A DNA stretch of 64,000 bases, from assembly GCA_964016885.1 (NCBI GenBank), contig OZ024743.1:77748001-77812000 (forward strand), read 5' to 3'. The DNA comes from Eledone cirrhosa. Lineage: Eukaryota. This document shows positions 56,874 through 64,000 of the stretch, piece after piece. The notes below the pieces were generated by a model, which was not told where the DNA came from, searched no databases, and worked only from the letters and a program-made list of their open reading frames with translations. The position numbers and the translations under genes were made by a program. How positions within the stretch are numbered: position 1 is the first letter of the stretch; each line of letters opens with the position of its first letter.

Positions 56874-56975
56874 ATCCTATCCAGTATTCTTTTACTGACG
56901 ATCCCTAGGTCAGATCTGGAGGGGGCTATTAGTCTGACAGGGAGGTCGGACTCAAAGTTTGATGTTCATAGTGAT
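56874..56975 (-). pseudogene. Naiad-type PLE reverse transcriptase N-terminal fragment running into the gap
   Basis: Minus strand [29 protein letters not shown] resembles the Naiad motif LKDHKxNF..P.xRLINPxKSxLG.xSKxILD; upstream ITM..H is frameshifted. Confidence 0.65.
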
Positions 56976-57122
56976 GTTGATAATGTTACTGGTGGTAGTG
57001 ATGGTTACATCGATAATGACGGTAATGATAATAATACTGATGTCCTGCACACCACCACCACCTCCTCTGCCAGAACTACTCACACCACCACCACCTCCTC
57101 TGCCAGAACTACTCACACCACC

Positions 57123-57169
<47 letters not shown>

Positions 57170-57226
57170 CATATATATATATACATATATATATACATAT
57201 ATATATATATACATATATATACATAC

Positions 57227-57301
<75 letters not shown>

Positions 57302-57321
57302 TATATATATATATATACATA

Positions 57322-57507
57322 TGAATTAGTTTAGCGAGGTTTTTTATATGAAATCGAGTGTCCGAAACAGATATTGTTATATTTGGGGAGGGTCATATTT
57401 GCGTAGTATTGCCAGAATTAATAACAGAACACACTCACAGTGAGTGTGTTCTGTTATTAATTCTGGCAATATTACGCAAATATAACCCTCCCCAAATATA
57501 ACAATAT
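57322..57507. mobile_element. Fold-back element: ~137-bp palindrome plus ~50-bp one-sided tail in (TA)n
   Basis: Arms 57371-~57438 and ~57441-57507 with few mismatches. Confidence 0.65.
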
Positions 57508-57875
57508 ATATATATGTATATGTATATATATGTATATGTATATATATGTATATGTATATATATATGTATATGTATATATATGTATATGTATATATATATG
57601 TATATGTATATGTATGTATATGTATATATATATATGTATATATGTATATGTATATATATATGTATATGTATGTATATGTATATATATATATGTATATATA
57701 TATATGTATGTATATGTATATATATATATATGTATATATATGTATTATATATATATATGTATATATATATAAGTATATATATATATATATGTATGTATAT
57801 TATATATATGTATATATATATGTATATATATATATGTATATATATATATGTATATGTATATATATATGATATATG

Positions 57876-57930
<55 letters not shown>

Positions 57931-57957
57931 GTATATATATATATATGTATGTATATA

Positions 57958-58004
<47 letters not shown>

Positions 58005-58221
58005 ATATGTAATATATATATATATTATTTATATGTATATATATATATGTATGTATATATATATATGTTATGTATATATATATATGTATGTATATATATA
58101 TGTATGTATATATATATGTATGTATATATATATATGTATATATATATATGTATATATATATGTATTTATATATATATGTATATATATATGTATATGTATA
58201 TATATATATGTATAATATATG

Positions 58222-58252
<31 letters not shown>

Positions 58253-58401
58253 GTATAATATATGTATATATATATGTATATATATATATGTATATATGTA
58301 TATATATATGTATATATATAGATATATATATATTATAAATGTATATTATATATCATGTATATATATATATATGTATATATATATATGTATATATATATTT
58401 G

Positions 58402-58446
<45 letters not shown>

Positions 58447-58535
58447 GTATATATATAATATATTATATATATGTATATATATATGTATGTATATATATAT
58501 ATGTATATATATATATATGTATATATATATGTATC

Positions 58536-58571
<36 letters not shown>

Positions 58572-58591
58572 TGTATGTATATATGTATCTA

Positions 58592-58625
<34 letters not shown>

Positions 58626-58638
58626 GTATATATATATG

Positions 58639-58671
<33 letters not shown>

Positions 58672-58744
58672 GTATATATATATGTATATATATATGTATA
58701 TATATATGTATGTATATATATATATGTATATATATGTATATATG

Positions 58745-58777
<33 letters not shown>

Positions 58778-58938
58778 GTATATATGTATGTATATATATA
58801 TGTACATATATATGTATATATATATATGTATATATATATGTATATATGTATATATATATATATGTATATACATATGTATATATGTATATATATATATATG
58901 TACATATATATGTATATGTATATATGTATATATATATG

Positions 58939-58970
<32 letters not shown>

Positions 58971-59021
58971 TGTGTATACATATATATGTGTATATATATA
59001 TATATGTGTATATTATATATA

Positions 59022-59052
<31 letters not shown>

Positions 59053-59281
59053 GTATATGTATATGTATATATATGTATATGTATGTATATGTATATGTAT
59101 ATATATTATATGTATATGTATATGTATATATATGTATATGTATATATATGTATATGTATATGTATATATATGTATATGTATATATATATGTATATATATG
59201 TATATAAATATGTATATATATGTATATATATATATATATATATGTATATGTATATATATGTATATATGTATATAAATATGT

Positions 59282-59334
<53 letters not shown>

Positions 59335-59408
59335 GTATATGTAATATATATCTATATATGTATATATATATATATATATATGTATATGTATATATATATA
59401 TATGTATG

Positions 59409-59441
<33 letters not shown>

Positions 59442-59490
59442 GTATATATATATTATATGTATATATATATATGTATATATATATATGTAT

Positions 59491-59529
<39 letters not shown>

Positions 59530-59752
59530 GTATATATATGTATATATATGTATATGTATATATATGTATATGTATATGTATATATATATATGTATATGTA
59601 TATGTATATATGTATATGTATATATATATATGTATATGTATATATATATATGTATATGTATATATATATATGTATATATATATATTGTATATATATATAT
59701 GTATATGTATATATATTATATGTATATGTATATATATATGTATGTATATATG

Positions 59753-59804
<52 letters not shown>

Positions 59805-59877
59805 ATATATATGTATATGTATATATATATGTATATATATGTATATTAAATATGTATATATATGTATATATATATAT

Positions 59878-59911
<34 letters not shown>

Positions 59912-60031
59912 ATGTATATGTATATATATGTATATATATGTATATAAATATGTATATATATGTATATGTATATATATAATATATATATATGTATATGTAT
60001 ATATATATGTATATATGTATATATATATATA
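57508..60031. repeat. ~2.5-kb (TA)n/(TATG)n microsatellite
   Basis: Direct inspection. Confidence 0.97.
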
Positions 60032-60106
60032 TATAAAGAAAAAGGGATGAAATCGAAAATGCAACTGAAGTCTTATTTTTTTAAAAATATATATATTTAT
60101 TTGGTT

Positions 60107-60144
60107 CCTTTACCGGTTTCGCAGTTCTTCTGCTTTTCAAAAGG
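60107..60144 (-). ncRNA. Variant type I hammerhead (U3-A8 core), minus arm
   Basis: Reverse complement of 60217-60254. Confidence 0.68.
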
Positions 60145-60216
60145 TGAGTTGAGATGGAGGGTCTGTGGTTTTTCTCACATCTGTGAGAAAAACCACAGAC
60201 CCTCCATCTCAACTCA

Positions 60217-60254
60217 CCTTTTGAAAAGCAGAAGAACTGCGAAACCGGTAAAGG
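60217..60254 (+). ncRNA. Variant type I hammerhead (U3-A8 core)
   Basis: cctt-TTGAAAA-gcag(aagaa)ctgc-GAA-accggt-A-aagg, AATAAA at 60259. Confidence 0.68.
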
Positions 60255-60385
60255 AACCAAATAAATATATATATTTTAAAAAAAATAAGACTTCAGTTGC
60301 ATTTTCCGATTTCATCCCTTTTTCTTTATACTTCCACTCGTGTAGGACACCTCGGTTATTTTTCATTTTGTAAAAAAAACCTCAC

Positions 60386-60460
<75 letters not shown>

Positions 60461-60513
60461 TATATTTATATGTATATATATATATGTATGTATATATATA
60501 TATATATATATGG

Positions 60514-60595
<82 letters not shown>

Positions 60596-60842
60596 TGTAT
60601 GTATATATATATATGTATATATATGTATATATATGTATATGTATATATATGTATATGTATATGTATGTATATGTATATATATATATATGTATATGTATAT
60701 GTATATATGTTTATGTATATATATATATGTATATGTATATATATATATGTATATGTATATATATATATGTATATATATATATGTAAATGTATATATATAT
60801 ATATGTATATGTATATATATATATGTATGTATATATATTATG

Positions 60843-60895
<53 letters not shown>

Positions 60896-61054
60896 GTATA
60901 TATATATATATGTATATATATATGTATATATGTATATATATATATGTATATATATATGTATATATATATATATATATGTATATATATTATATATGTATAT
61001 AGATATATATATATGTATATATATATGTATATATATATAATATATATATGTATG

Positions 61055-61153
<99 letters not shown>

Positions 61154-61282
61154 GGGAGAGAATTGGGAGTGTGTAACACTCCACTTATCAAATAGGCAGT
61201 ATATGGTTAGCTCAATATCAGAGGACAGAGCCGTAATACAATTAACAACAAAGAGCGCTTAGAACATAGGTATATCTTTAAT

Positions 61283-61328
61283 TGCTAACAGTGTTTCGTC
61301 CACACTAGAAGTGGGACTCTTCAGAGCA
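61283..61328 (-). ncRNA. Type I hammerhead ribozyme
   Basis: Minus strand tgct-CTGAAGA-gtcccac(ttcta)gtgtggac-GAAAC-act-GTT-agca. Confidence 0.85.
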
Positions 61329-62194
61329 TAAAGAGTAAATATACAAGCATTGACAAAGCCAAAACAGAAGAATATATGTGGGGATACCATAAGTTGGGAG
61401 GAGTGTAAAAGGAGTAAAATAAGAAAAGAGTAAAATTAAAATAAAAATAAAAATAAAAATAAAAATAAAAATAAAAATAAAAATAAAAATAAAAATAAAT
61501 ATGAAAAATAAGTGTTATCACTCACAGTTGGGCAGAGTTCCGTTAACACACAGCTACATACAAGTATACGCATAAGCATGAGCACCCGCATGCACCTACA
61601 CACAGCACCCGTATGCAACACATACAGTATACACTAATACAAATAACATATCATAGACGGATGGGCACAAGTTAAGAGATAGAGATAGATAAAAATAGAT
61701 AAAAAATAGATAAAAAAATAGATAAAATAGATAAAAAATAGATAAAAATAGATAAAAATAGATAAGAAATAGATAAAAAATAGATAAAAATAGATAAACA
61801 GATAAAAAATAGATAAAAATAGATAAACAGATAAAAAATAGATAAAAAATAGATAAAAATAGAGATAAAAATAGTTAAAAAATAGACAAAATATAGATTA
61901 AAAAAATAGATAAAAAATAGATAAAAATAGAGATAAAAAATAGATTAAAAAATAGATAAAAATAGATTTAAAAAAATAGATAAAAATAGATAAAAAAAAT
62001 ATGTAAAAAATAGATTAAAAAAAATGGATACAAAATAGATAAAAAATAGATAAAAAAATAGATAAAAAATAGATAAAAAATAAATAAAAGATAAAAAATA
62101 AAATAAAAGAAAATAAAGTAAAGTATACACCAGAAGATAAAACAATACACCAAAAAAATGGAGTAAACTATACACCATAAACGAAGGTGTGGGT

Positions 62195-62339
62195 AAGAAT
62201 TAATTGGTTAACAAGGCGTATCCGTATCACAGGCAGGAGCATATGCTGGGAAGGTTGCAGGCAAATTCATATACAGCAACCTTCCCAGCATATGCTCCTG
62301 CTTGTGATACGGATACACCTTGTTAACCAATTAATTCTT
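62195..62339. repeat. Internal hairpin with ~64-bp arms at the inversion junction
   Basis: aagaattaattggttaacaagg..gggaaggttgc / gcaaccttccc..ccttgttaaccaattaattctt. Confidence 0.85.
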
Positions 62340-63569
62340 GCCTGAGTGCTCAACTCTATGAATGCACATCTGTGTATTGAACTTTGGAGTGTGAACTTTT
62401 TGGGATTGCCCAACCGCTCAACTCTATGAATGCACACCTGTGGATTGAACTTTGGAGTGTGAACTTTTGGGACTGTCCAACCTGGGATGTTTCCATTGCA
62501 TTGTAATGGTCCACTCAATCTAGTGCGGACATAGCATCTGTTCATAAATAATAAAAACTAAAAAATCTCATTCGAACACTCTATTGTTGAACTGCGGCTA
62601 ACTGCAAACACCTAAGGCGTTCGTGTGCTCCTGATATATTCCATATATCACCATGAGTCAACACTGGTGTCACCTTAGGATTTCTATAATAATATTATTA
62701 TTACATGCCCCTAATAATTACCATCTTGATTACCCTTATTACATCTTTTTAACCCCAGTTACATTTTTATAAATATGCATTACTTGGACTGATATGGTGT
62801 ATATATGTGTATATATATATCCTTATATATAGGTCTCTTTTATATATATTTTTTATATATATTTTTGTATATATTTTTGTATATTTTATATATTGTACGT
62901 ATATCACTTGTTGAACATAGCTTGATAGCTTATGCATTTGCCAGTCTTATCTTTACCCACACCTTCATTTATGGTATATAGTTTACTCCATTTTTTTGGG
63001 TGTATTGTTTTATTATCTTCTGGTGTATATTTTACTTTACTTTATTTTATTTATTTTATTTTTATCTATTATCTATTTTTTATCTATTTTTATCTATTTT
63101 TTATCTACCTCTCATCTATTTTTTATCTATCTCTATCTCTTAACTTGTGCCCATCCGTCTATGATATGTTATTTGTATTGAGTGTATACTGTATGTGTTG
63201 CATACGGGTGCTTGTGTGTAGGTGCATGCGGGTGCTCATGCTTATGCGTATACTTGTATGTAGCTGTGTGTTAACGGAACCCTGCCCAACTGTGAGTGAT
63301 AACATTTCTTATTTTTCATTTTTATTTTTATTTTATTTTATTATTTTTATTTTTATTTTTATTTTTATTTTTATTTTTATTTTTATTTTTATTTTTATTT
63401 TTATTTTTATTTTTATTTTTATTTTTATTTTTATTTTTATTTTTATTTTACTCTTTCTTATTTTACTCCTTTTACTTACTCTTTCAACTCCCCCCAACTT
63501 AAGGTATCCCCACATATATTCTTCTGTTTTGGCTTTGTCAATGCTTGTATACTATGTATTTACTCTTTA

Positions 63570-63615
63570 TGCTCTGAAGAGTCCCACTTCTAGTGTGGGC
63601 GAAACACTGTTAGCA
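63570..63615 (+). ncRNA. Type I hammerhead ribozyme
   Basis: tgct-CTGAAGA-gtcccac(ttcta)gtgtgggc-GAAAC-act-GTT-agca, followed by ATTAAA. Confidence 0.85.
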
Positions 63616-63676
63616 ATTAAAGATATACCTATGTTCTAAGCGCTCTTTGTTGTTAATTGTATATATATATATATGG

Positions 63677-63770
<94 letters not shown>

Positions 63771-63796
63771 TATGTATATCTATATATCTATATGTA

Positions 63797-63869
<73 letters not shown>

Positions 63870-63917
63870 ATATTATATACATATATATATATATGTATAT
63901 ATATCTATATCTATATG

Positions 63918-63948
<31 letters not shown>

Positions 63949-64000
63949 GTATATATATGTATATATGTATATATATATATATCTATATGTATATATATAT

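Larger units (their letters stand above)
60032..60391. mobile_element. Fold-back element: ~300-bp palindrome plus ~60-bp tail, with a variant hammerhead in each arm
   Basis: Arms 60032-~60179 and ~60182-60330, nearly perfect; (TA)n on both sides. Confidence 0.78.
61153..63661. mobile_element. Non-coding PLE-like element with long inverted pseudo-LTRs and terminal hammerheads
   Basis: ~61237-62197 is a diverged reverse complement of ~62948-63661; left arm has ~85-bp extra tail; (TA)n on both sides. Confidence 0.8.

Overview
Eukaryotic, AT-rich, repeat-saturated DNA; the SINE/LINE motifs and huge (TA)n/(TATG)n tracts suggest an octopus/cephalopod genome (inference). Nearly all IY/YI/CM-rich ORFs are translated microsatellite. 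Bases 1-29.2 kb are a very recent tandem segmental duplication (about 2.7 units of 10.4-11.7 kb). Each unit carries a 5'-truncated Naiad-type Penelope-like element (GIY-YIG ORF between ~1.4-kb inverted pseudo-LTRs ending in hammerhead ribozymes), a candidate 72/75-bp host exon, an R4/Dong-like LINE fragment, a SINE and RTE fragments. Bases 29-45.5 kb are nested RTE and CR1-type LINEs, two nearly full length. The most striking feature is 45,993-52,248: about 12.8 near-identical 467-bp non-coding, hairpin-rich units, each with a minimal type I hammerhead on the minus strand, capped by an inverted partial unit and embedded in (TA)n. This looks like a retrozyme (circular RNA) copied by a Penelope-like RT. 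Further unrelated fold-back elements in (TA)n share the same inverted, one-arm-longer architecture, three of them with hammerhead motifs, including one with a compensatory U3-A8 core. A Naiad RT fragment runs into the assembly gap at 56,674-56,873. All identifications are by eye; no searches or folding were run.
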